Source: Candidatus Omnitrophota bacterium
Lineage (GTDB): Bacteria > Omnitrophota > Gorgyraeia > Zapsychrales > Fredricksoniimonadaceae
DNA: 64,000 bases
Direction: 5' to 3'
Assembly: GCA_043742785.1 (NCBI GenBank)
Contig: JAYTXU010000002.1
Span: forward strand, 9,707-73,706
The notes under the pieces were generated by a model, which saw nothing but the letters and a program-made list of their open reading frames with translations, made no database searches and was not told the origin of the DNA. Positions 12,701 to 24,700 of this stretch are shown here, in pieces; position 1 is the stretch's first letter, and every line of letters starts with the position of its first letter. Both the position numbers and the translations under genes were made by a program.

Positions 12701-15700
12701 CAAACCACTTGACCATTTTTAATAAGAATCTTACGGTCATCATTGATGCTGTGCGTAGCTACTTCAAAACCGCTTTGGGTAGCATGTTTTTCTGTCACTA
12801 ATTGCCAAATATCTCCGGACTTTTCATCAGCCCAGACCTTATTAATCATGTTACGGTAGCTGTATTCCGTTCCATCAACCATGCGATTAACAAAGACTGG
12901 ATAACTATTAAGATAATAAACGCGCAAGGTCATTGTGTTGTATTCGCGTTGTTCAAAATAAACACCCGTTGCAAGAGAGTATCTAGTGTCTACGTTATTA
13001 ACCTTTTCCATCCCTTCTTCAAGACCCTTATAAATAGCTTCCGAAGTTTTATTGTCTACAGAAGTTAACGCAGTGTCTCTGAGAACATTCTTGCCTCCTA
13101 ATAAGGTGCTAATATTTTGGTTAATAACCATTTGTCCTGGAGTCAACTCCAATTGAGAAGGCATCCACCACTTATTAATACTGGTTTCACCCGAAGGACC
13201 TTGAAGGGCAATGTCGCGGTTAAGAGGATCTTTAGGCATCAAATAACGATGCTGTGTTCCTGTGGCAAAATTCGTAAATACCCCGTTAAGATTAATATAG
13301 GGGACTTCAAGAAGCTCTGGTAACGGGGAGTCTTTATCTAAGCCGAATATTGTAAATTTATTCTGTACTCCATTCACAGCTTGTCCAAGCGTGATTGTTT
13401 TTCCTTCTTTCAAAGTGAAGGCATCCCCCACAGAAGTTGCCTTGATACCTTCTGTCGCTTTATCATCTTTCCAAGCCGTGTTAATAATCACAATTGGATT
13501 GCTGTTAGGACGAATAATTTCTACTACGGTACGGCCAAAGATATCTCCTTTAACGCGGTAACTTACAGACACCATCCCATATTCACGACTTGCTGTTGAT
13601 TTTTCAAGAGTTGCTTTTCCATTCTTAATGCCCATTTGTTGAGCAATAAATTCCACAGCCTTATTTGCTTTTAAAACCATCTCTTGATAAAGAACATTGT
13701 CTGAAACAACCGTGGCAATGCCTTTATTTAAATCTTCTGCTGAAGCATCTATTGTCACAGCTGATTTTTGATGCTCAAATTTCACAAAAACATTTGTTTT
13801 GTTTTCCAAAACAGCATGATAGGCTTCAAAGGTTCCTTGATTCTCATTCTTTAATAACACCTGGTAAAGATTAGTAACAGGACCAGGAATCTGTTCAATA
13901 TTTCCAATTTCACGAGAATGTTTTGTATCGATAATATACATTTTCTTGCTAAAGGTTCCGTTGGTCTCTTTACGGCCTGCTACAAAAAGATCTGAAACAC
14001 TAACGCCAGGAATTATTACAGGTAAATTCTTGAGATTAAAATTCATTTTTACAGCATACCCAACAATATCTTTTCCGATTTCATAATTATTGTTTGAGGC
14101 TGTGAAGTTATAGATTTCTCTTACCTCTTCTTCTGAATAACCAATAATCGCACTTCCTTTGCTAGCAACTCCGTTGACCATTTCCGTAGGATAAAATTCT
14201 ACATAAACAAGCCCAATACCTTTCTTCTCTTTACCTTCAATTGGAACAACAACAGCAAATGCTTTTTCAAATGCTCCCGTTGGAAGACGTCGTTCAATAC
14301 GTTGAACTTTTTGTCCTTTAACTTCAAATGATTCTCCAACCTTATGGGCGATCGCCAATAAGGTGTTTTCATTACGCTCTGTGTTAAATGGATAAATATT
14401 CTCTGTTCCATCGTTATTGACAACTCCCACCTGTACGTCATCTTGAATAAAATAAACACGTTCAATAGTCTCTGTTTTGCTCCCGTTGGTACGAATTTTG
14501 ATCACTTCGAAATTCTTATTGTTGCGAATAAATTCTTGATTAGCTGGAATCATCAACTCTGCCATGGTTAAAAATTCGCTGGTCTTGGCTTCTGTGTCAT
14601 TCAACATATAATTATTAGCTAAGAAATCTTTTACAGAATTGTATGCAACAGGCTGCGCCTTAACAGGAATGCGAGTTGTTCCTTTTTCTAATACAACTTG
14701 TTGATCATATTCTTCTCCAACAATAGGCTTGATATGACGGATACTTGTGCGGTTCTGATTCATTAAATCAATGAATTCTTTTGCGCTGTAAATTTTGATT
14801 TTGTTTGTTGATAAGTCTGAAGCTTCAACTCCGCCGGCAATCAGGGTTTCTAACTGAACCTTACGTTTTTCAAGCGCTTGTTTACCTGCATCCAAGATAG
14901 CCACCACGCGTCCAGCTTGAACCTTAATCATCATATTCTCTGTGATTGCGATCTTTTTCGTCTGGCCATTCTCATTACCGATCTCAATAGCCTGACCCAC
15001 ATACTTTTTATCTTCCACAAATTTAGCAGGAGCAAATTCATTAGCTTTAGCCGTTTCTATGTTCCCTGATGGAACAGAGATAGAAAGCCCTTGTCCTTCA
15101 TAGAATGGAAGAATTCTGCTTAAACGTTCATTCTCTGCGGCTGCCTTTGTAATCCATTCCTTCATTGTCTTCACAGATGGAGCAAAAATTCCAACGCTTT
15201 TACCGTCTACAGGCATTTGGATAAGAGCATTTCCAGGAACTTTGATTTCACGGCCGCCAACATTGAATACAATTCCCTTATCTGTTTTCACAGCGCTGAT
15301 AACAACAAGATCTGCATTTCTTAAATAACGGGCAACCTTTAAATGGCTTGTTGAATCAATCGCTTCTGGTTTGTTATTACTTAAATAGAAGATGGTGCCC
15401 GCCTTAGCTTGAGCTGCTGTATCCAAATCTTCTAACAAGTTGGAAGTTTCAAAGAGATATCCTGGAACCTTAGGAGTTAATTGATCCTGTAAAGCTTCGT
15501 TCATAGCCTTTGTAGCGGTCACTGGACCGTTATTATTTCTGACCTTATAATATTCCTTGACCACAGTACGAGATTCCCCAAACATAGAATTATAAGCATC
15601 CGCTGTACGGGTGAATTCATCTTTAGCATAATCGACAAAGACATTGCCAATTTTATGGGCGATTTCCATTTTAGTCGCTTTGACGGCATGAATTTCAGCC

Positions 15701-18700
15701 GCTGGGATATATCTAATGCCTGTTGTATCTTTCTCAACTAAGGCTAAGTATCTAGCATCGGTAATGATCTGAACAATCTCTCCGGATACAGGATGACGAA
15801 GCATGCCTAAAATTTCTTTGCTGTGTTCAATCGCAAATCGTTCATTCAATAAAGCGATTCTGGAAGGAAGAGCTTTGACTAATGGCTTGCTTAAATCAAC
15901 ATTGCCGTTGCTGGAGGCTGCGAAATACATCTTCTTCGACACAAAGGTTGGTGAGGTAAAGACATAGCGGACTTGAGCTTTTCCGTTGCCTAAATCTTTA
16001 ACCATGAACCCGCGAACCTTGCCCTTATAGACTATCTTGTCTTGATCAACACTGCCTTTGGCTTTATCAAAACCATGTCGATTGTTTTGGACATACGGCG
16101 TTGTTACGTCAACCTCATCAAACATCTCGATATAGGCAATATTCTTGGCTTCTTCAGGTTTGATGCTGGCAGCATATTCAAAGCCTGCTTGATACAATCC
16201 AATATCAAATTGTTTGCCTAAATTCTCGAATGGGAAGCGTTTATTAGTGTCTCCTAAAAGACTCCATACAGGTTGTAAGAAACCGCCTGTTAATCGATTT
16301 AAACCGCTTGGGATGGCGCGTAAATCATCAAAGATACCAACGCTATAAGCATTCTTCTTTTGTAATTCATTATTCTGATCAGCTACTTCAATAGGGATTC
16401 TATTGATTAACAAGGTGCTAATAGGATATTCCAACCAGAATTTATCTGTGGAGATTAACTTGGTTTGATATCTATTTTCATGTAAGACGGCATAGTTGCG
16501 CAATTCCAAAGCGATATCAACCAAGCGGGCAGGACCCATAAATTTATTTAAAGCTGTTTGCGCGCCGAACTGGCTGAAGCCTTGGATGATTTGGAACGCT
16601 TCTAATCCTGACTTAAATGGATGATCAAAATTAACAATAAATGTCGCTGTCTGATTTGGTGTTCCTATAGGAGCAGACATCATTGGGAAATTGTAATTAT
16701 TAACAATGCCTAAGTTTACTGGCAAACCAGGACGAGTTAATACTGTCTTGGCTAATTTTCTCTGGTCATTTAACTGAGAATCAATAAAGGCTTTCCTGCT
16801 ATCATCATCTGTTTTAATTCCTAGCGCCTCTCCAGCTGCCTTTTTCTCTAACGCCTTGCGGGTATCTTCTTCATACTTGGCGATTTCAGTTTCTAATTTC
16901 TTTGAACCTTCTTTATTGTCAGCAATGGTCTTTTTAATCTCTGCCATCTTTCCTGGGATGCCATGGCTTAAAGCATCGTTGACGACCTTTAATTCATCCT
17001 CAGGGGTAAGCTTAGAATCAACACTCTTAGCATTAGCCAACACAAACCCTTTAATATCCACATTGCCATCTTTGTCAACAAACGTTGCGACAGGAACACT
17101 GGAAGCAGTTAAGGCAACACTCTTATTTCTGATTGTTCCAAAGATGGCACGGCGGGCATTGTTAAGAACGTTTTGATAATCATTCTTAAATTCTTTAGCA
17201 TCAATGCTAGCCACATATCCTGCATCGACCAACATCACAGCAGGATTTTGAACATTTAATTTTAAATTAGCCAATACGCTATTCGTTCTAATCGCTTCTG
17301 GCATATCCGCTTCATTGATGATCTTGCTGCCTGTAGCCATATACAAGCCATTGGTGCTGCTTCCAACAATCACCATTGGCTCATCGGTCATTCCTTCTTC
17401 CATGGCCTCAATAGAGGTGATGCTAAATACTGGCTTACCAGCATTTAACGTAGCACCCTTATTGAGGCGTTCTGTAATACTGTGAACTGTGCTTGTTGAG
17501 GCAGGTACGGTTTGAACACTTTGACTCTTAGGGAAGTCAGTAGCGTTCACATTGCTTGGGGCTGCGGCTGAAGAAGCAGCAGTGTTTACTTCAGGAGCCA
17601 AGGTGGCATCCACATTATTAGTTGAGGCTGTCTGTGCTGTAGCGCGGGCTTCTGGCTGTGTCTGGATGTTTAAGGATCCCGCTGAAGCTGTTGAGATCTT
17701 CTTGGTCGAGAAGTTGCCAAGATTCGTTGAGCCCGTTGCGTTTGGAGATGTTACCGTTGTGTTCGATGAGGTAGATGTGAATCCTGTTTCCTTGGTCCCT
17801 TGCTGTGGCAATTGAAGCGTTGATGTCGTGAACTTTAACGAAGTGTTGGATCCGAAACGTGTTGCTAACCATGGTGCACCTCCGTTGGTTTGTTGCTTAA
17901 CTGTTAATAATTGTTGATTGGTTACTAAACTACGAATAGATCTGCCATCACCAATGTTGAGCGCAGTGGTGTTGGTAGCGCCCTGGGGTAGAGCGCGTGG
18001 TGCATGGGTATTGGAATAACGGGTGGACAAACGAACTCCACTGCCAGAATCAGTAGGTTTTAGAACCAGTGATTTAGCGGTGGTTGCAAAAGCTTTCTGC
18101 TCCTTCGAATTAGCTCCTGGGATGGAACTATCTGCGGGCAGACTATGGGAACCATTGATATTGCTTGAATATCTAAACTTACCTTTATAAGTGAGAGAAC
18201 TTGCATTTCTTATACTACTTGCTTTTTGCGTACGAACAGAATCAGTGCTTGGAACGTTTCTTCTTGTTCCTCTCACACTTCCTGCACCTATAGAACCTTC
18301 TGTATATTTATCAGCGTCTACGTCGCCACCCTTGGACAAACTTCTCACACCTTGAGCGCTTGTATCCTTTAGAGAGCTTTCGCTACCCTTAGGACTAGAC
18401 ACGCGAATGTCATTTTTAGTACTTCTAGCTACGGCAATGGCATCGCCACTACCAGAACGGATCCTGCGTGATTCACCAGCATTGCTTCTTTCTACGGTAC
18501 TGCCAGCTACAACTACGGTGTTGCTTTCGCTTATATTGACACTTGTTACTTGTGCTTCAGGTGCGATGATGCCACCATTTGTTAACTTGAACTCACTTCT
18601 TACTTCTGTCCTACTTGCTACCTTACTGCTTACTGCCTTGGTACTTGATGCACTACCATTTACTCTTTGTTTCTCTTGGGCAGAGCTTGCGCTAAACCCA

Positions 18701-21700
18701 GTTTTTGCTGTACTGTCAACAACTGTACTATTTCCTGCAACTGCATTACTACGAACACTTATGCTCTTTTCCTCGTCTCCTTCATTTCGTCTGTCTGATG
18801 ACTTGAGGAAAGTCACGACAGAAGCAGTACGACCGCCGTCGCCGCGGCTCGCTTGTAATTCAGTCAAAGATACGGCCTTAGCGATCTCCAAATTATTAGA
18901 ACCTGCTTTACTTAAAGTTGTCTCTATGAAAGGCCTTGGAATTTCCAAAGCAATCGATGGATGAACAGGTGGCGGTGGAGAAGCCATTAAAGGTGTTGTT
19001 GGAGTGACCGGCGGCATCACAGGTGTTGGCGGTGCCACTGGTGTTGTTGGCGCAACCGGTGCCGGTGTTGTTGGTGCTACAGGCCCTGCTGTTGGAGCCA
19101 CAGGCCCGCCTGCCGGCGAGGCAGGAGCTGGAGTCGTTGGTGCTGTTGGTCCAGCCGTTGGCGTTGTTGGCGCTGGCGTACTGCCCCCATTGCCGCCTGG
19201 TGTACTTGGTCCATTAGCACTAGGACCAGGAACCGTTGGAACAGGAGAGGTGGCCAATGGAGCAGGCTGTTTATCAAGCGCTGCCAATTCTTCTAAGGTC
19301 GCCTTCTTTTCTTCTGGTGATAAATTTGAATTCTGAACATATTTCCTGTACTCTGCCTTTTCTTGCGGAGACTTCTTATCCCAAGCTTCTCTTAAAATAG
19401 CTCTTTTCTGGGCTACAACCTCTTGAGCTTCAGCAACAGCTTCATTGGCAGCCCTAACTTCTTGAGCTGTCTGCTGTTGAAGCTTTTGCTGCATAGCGCT
19501 AACTTCAGATCCCAATTGAGCCACAACGGCTGGCGGAGGAATGCTGTCTTTCGAATCAAATCTTGCATCTTGACCTTTAGCTAATACTGCTGAAACAAAT
19601 AGCAATAATGCCGCAACCAAGGACGTGCTCTTATTCATTTTAGAATACAAACTTGTTACTAAGATCGTCGCTGGGATCGCTATCAATCCCGCTGTTAACC
19701 CAAGAGGAATGCCTACGGCCAAGGCAGCCATCCCGCTCAACCAAGGATCGATGGTCACCCAAGATCCCACCTTAACTTGTGTGAAGTCTGCAAGTGGCCA
19801 GCCCTTAATGGCAATATGCTTGATTTCTAGATGAATCCAGCCGGGTTTCTTTTGTGTGGAATTATTCGTATCGGTCTCTTCAGCTTTAGGACTTTCTGTA
19901 ATCTTAGCTGCTAAGCGCTCAATCGTTTCCTTGCGAGGTTCAACCTTTGCCACAGACGTTTCAACAATAGCTTCTGCTTCCGCAGGGAATGGATCGGTAT
20001 CACTTGTTTGTTTAATCGCATCTACGGCCTTGCGTTCCTCTTCATTCAATTCTTCTGCGGCCTTACGGCTTTCTAAGATGGCTGAAATTTCCTTGACCAA
20101 ATCTCTTCTGGCCCCTTGAGGGAAGCTGGCGTATTGATTAAACAGATTCTCTAAGGCAATCATCACCGGCTCGCCATTGGGAGTGACAAAGAGCGGGCTC
20201 TTCTTAAACTCTTCTGGTGTTTCGGCAAGAAGCTTGCGGACAACCTGAGCTCTCTTTAAATTTTCAATGGATGGCAAGGTTCCCGCCGGTAAATTACTTG
20301 GACCAAAAACAAAGGACAGCAGAGCATCGATTCTCTGCTCGATGGCAGCACGCAGCACCCATTGCTTTCTCTTCTGTGTTTTTTCCTGTTCCATTTGCTC
20401 TGCCGTTTTTTCGCTGTAAGCCAAATGTTTAACACCATACTTATTTTGAATATATCCTAAAGCAATAGCGGCTACACGGCTAGCCACTTCACCCTCAAGA
20501 GGTTTACCATCGATAAAGATAATCGATGCAATCTGATCACCAGCTTCGCTTCCCGTAGCTTTTCCGTTTAAGGATTTGGCATGTTCAATAAAATCAAGAG
20601 CTTCTCTCTCTAAGCTTTCATCACTTAAAATCATCCTCTTAATAAATAAATTCGTCGACAATCCTTCAATTTGCCCTGAACGCGTCTTGTCGCTGTCGCC
20701 CACGGCCTTGGCTATCTGTCCTAAATATTGCGCTGTTGTGCTTAATCCTAAAGCCTTCAGCGCTTCATAAGGACTGCTTGGATTAATTTGTGTCAGAACT
20801 TGAACGGTAATAGAAGCAATTCCTTTACGCGTCTTGGCTATAAAATCATTGAACGCTCTCTGTTGTGGAGAAAACTTAAATAATCTTAAAACAGGATTGG
20901 TGTTGCCCTTGCTGTTACCTGCTTTTTGTAAAGCAACTAAAGCTTCTCTAGCTGACAAAAGACCTTTAAGAGCTTCTAAAATTTCTAGTTTATTGTTAGC
21001 CTTAGCAAGATTGGCAATCACCTGGATATCACTTAAGAAAGATACAGGATCATTAGAAACATCAAGAATAGCCTGTAACAACTCGTCGCTGTTCTTGGCC
21101 AATCCTTGGGTCATCAAAAGAATAGCCAAAGATAATTTATCAGCGCTATTAACGCCAGCTTCAAAGAGTTTATCAGCTGCTTCAAAAGTATTAGCTACCC
21201 CTAAGAATTTAAGGAACTCCTCTTTGCGGGATAATAATTGTTCGTTAAGCGCCTTAGCAATGCCTGCGATCGTTAAGCCCGTTAAGTTAACCTTATTGTC
21301 ACTATCAACAAAGTCGCCAGCAATCGGCATATCGATCGCCACAGCAATCTTGTCAGCCTCTTGACCTCCGGCCTTAAGCACCAATTGATTGGCGGATTGA
21401 ATTTCCTGACGGGCATTATGTCCCACGAAGAAGGATGGAAATAATCCTTGAGCAATACGTCCTAAGGAATCAAAGAGGCGTTCATAATAATTAGTTAATT
21501 CCTCCTTAGCGTTTAAATTGATGGTGTTTCTCTGTGGATCAGCGAGAACAGGATGCTGCATCACATCCGCCAAGGTTTCACTTCCTTTGGCATCAATGCC
21601 CTGGTATTGAACACGGCGCAAGCTCTCTTGAGTTTGGACTAAAGCGTTCTTTGTAGCCTTCTCAAGACCATCACTTAACTTACCGCCGACGCCAAGACCA

Positions 21701-24700
21701 ATAATATCATTAAGGATATTTTGAACAGAATTTAAGGAAGCAATTGCTTCAGTTTGTAGGCGCTCACTTGGAGAGAGCGCAAAGGCTAGGAGTTTCTCTA
21801 TAAATAAATTGTATCCGCCGGCCGACATCTTCTTGCGGATGGAAGCCATAATCTCCTTGTCTCCTGGTGAATTCTCATAGAGAGACAACATTTCTAAAAT
21901 CTGCATCAGCACATTGTGATACAAGGTATCTGCGATGACGTGATGAACCACTTGATCACGATGAGTTAAGTTATTGAGCTCAACCCAGCTTAATAAATCC
22001 TGCTCGCTAAAGTTTGAACCACCTGAAGCTGGACGGGTATTGATCCAAGAACGGATATCCTGATTCAAACCATTTGAACCCGCTCGTTCATTAACTAGAC
22101 TAACAATTTGCTCGGCATACTGATTCATCATTAAGCCGTCTTTGAGATTTCCATAGGTCAAGCGCAAGCCGTTGTTTGCTTCACCTAAACGGTTACGCCC
22201 TAAGGCTTGTTCTAAAACATCCTTATTCCAGAAAATAGCATCGGGAACATGATTGACCACATCGCCTACAAAGTTCTTACCTTGAGAAGCAAACGGTAAA
22301 GTGGCGATGATCCATTTACTATCCGCCGCCTTTGTGCCCTGTAAGAAATTAAGAATATCCGCTGTTTCACGATTGGTACCGTCTAAGATAATCGCTCTGC
22401 GCTCATATTGAGGATCATTATGTGCAGCTTTAACTTCCGCCAGCGTAATCGTGCGAGGAGCCAAATAGATATTGCCGCCACTTCCCGCTAATCTTGCCTT
22501 AAGCTTGGTTTCAAATTGATCTAGATTCCCGCGCATGATCATCTGCACCAAGGCACCACCAGTTGTTGCTCCACTCAATAATTGATCGATCACAGAATCG
22601 ATGACAGCGTCGATATCAGCAAAATTATTACTAAAGGTTACTCTTCCGCTTTGTAGATCATCTTTTAAATTATTCGGATTAAATCTCTTATAGGTAAACT
22701 CGGGGAACATCATCTTTAAAACTTCTTCCGATGCACCCGGCGTTGCTGTAAACCCGTGGATATTGACACCCGTCAAGATACGGGCCAAGGCGTATTGATC
22801 TAAGGTTTCAGAAGAAATATTTAAGTTGTCCACATCCAATTCTGGTCCCTGTGGATGGGTGTTTTTATAGTCGATCGTAAAGGCTAAGAGATACGGTAGA
22901 TTGTTAAATATCTTATTTTCCGGCTCTCCCTTTTCGTTCACTGGCATAGGTGCAAACTTATTCTGCTTTTGGTCATAGGCAACAGCTAGGCGTTTGCCTT
23001 TTTCTACCAAGTACAATAAGGTGTTATAGAAGGCCACCTGTCCATTAAAGTCGCTCGCGGCAACCTTAAAGGCATCATAGGTTTCCTGTGGGATATCCAA
23101 ATGCCCTTGCATAGGGGCTTCTGGATTGGGCGATTGGGTGTAGAGTACATAGGCTTCGCCTGCCAGCGGATTCTTCTGCATTTGAATATATTCTTCTCTG
23201 GAAGAAATCACCTTGATCTTGGCAACCCCTGTTCCTGCTAAAGCTTCTTTAATCTGAGGCAAGTACTCTTCGACCTTAGCTTTGACTTCCTTAGCGAAGG
23301 TGTTGTCCTTGAGCGGCCCCGATTGAGACACAATGAAATTATAGAGAGAAACGAAATTGTGAATTTCATCAACCACCGCTTCCTGCAGGCTGCCTACGGC
23401 ATCGCGCATATCCTTCTTATTCTCAGGTGTGGAGGTAATAGTTAAGAACCCGCGCTGGCCAACGGAGGTGACCTTGATTAAATTATTATTCTTCAAATCA
23501 TTAATAATCATGCGTTCAATATCGGCTGGCTGAGAGATGCCTAATTGAGTGGCGTATTCATTAGGCAGGCCGGCTAACAAATCTTGTTGTGCCTTACCTA
23601 ATTTTTCCATATTCACCAATGGACTCGTCGGCAGCTCACTTTGAGGCTTGCCTGTTAATTCGCTGACCACTAATTTGACCAAATCCTGGAAGGATAGATT
23701 GATCTCTGCCTGAACTTCATCGACAAAACGATCAACGTCGCCGCTGTCATTGAGCAACCACATGGTGTTTTTCCCTTGAGCTAGGTAGGTAGCGGCTAAG
23801 ATTACTTGAGAAAGCGTCTTACCCGACCCCGTGGCGGCGGCGATGTTTTGATTGTCTCTGTAGGCCGTTTCAAACATTTCCCACTGTCTATTGAAATAAT
23901 CATCCCCTTTTTTCACCTTAGAAGAAGCCTTCACCTTTTCATAAACAATCGCTTTTAATTGATCCAATTGAATCTGACCAAATAGATTAGCCGTAGTTGG
24001 TGCGGTTGTAATCATCGCCTTGCTTACACCTGACAATTGATTGCCTAATTCAGCCTGGCGATCATTAGCCCACTGTTCCATTTGGTTTAATACAGACTTG
24101 GCTCCTCTTTCTGGCGCATTCGGTAATCCTTGGGCTGTTAGGGCCGTATTAATTTCTCTGTTAAGGCCGTATGACTCAGGGAATCTTCTAGCGTTATCGA
24201 TGGCTGTCTTGAATTCTTCTAGAACATAATCTGTTTTCTTGGATTTTATCCTGCTCTTGATTAAGGTATACAAAACTCCTGCAGCAGCTAAAACAGCTTC
24301 CTGATTTTCCGGCGTTGTCATGGCATAGTCTCTAAGCTTATCGGGACCCTCCTTGAAACCAGCGGTACTTTGATCGCCATTCGCATCTAATAGAACCCCC
24401 ATCTTTTTAGCTCTAATCCTTCTATCCTCAAGACTTTCAACTGGAGGATTAGGGACAGTTCCATCGACATCTTCTGTTACCATCGCATTGTTAGAGAAAT
24501 CGCTCTTGGCATCATTAGCAATGTTTCTATCACCCCGAGCTATGGCTGTTGCCTGCATGACTTCTCTGAAGCTTAAATTGAAAGGCATTGCCACTGGAAG
24601 AGCGGGGACAATTCCTTGATTAACAGGAATTTGTACGGGTTCTTCTGGAGCATTTAATTGTATTGGAACGTTTGTTGTCCCTGATGATACTTCTTCGCCG

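Noticed and set aside
18407-21364. Long plus-strand ORFs from the track: 18407..18964 (185 aa), 19004..19336 (110 aa) and 20834..21364 (176 aa), plus the other 60-110-aa plus-strand ORFs across 1-47000.
   Set aside because: They lie antisense to the giant ORF. Their products are low-complexity Leu/Ser/Ala/Val-rich or Gly/Ala/Val/Pro-rich (the mirror of the Pro-rich tract). They have no start context or recognisable motifs. These are typical shadow ORFs.
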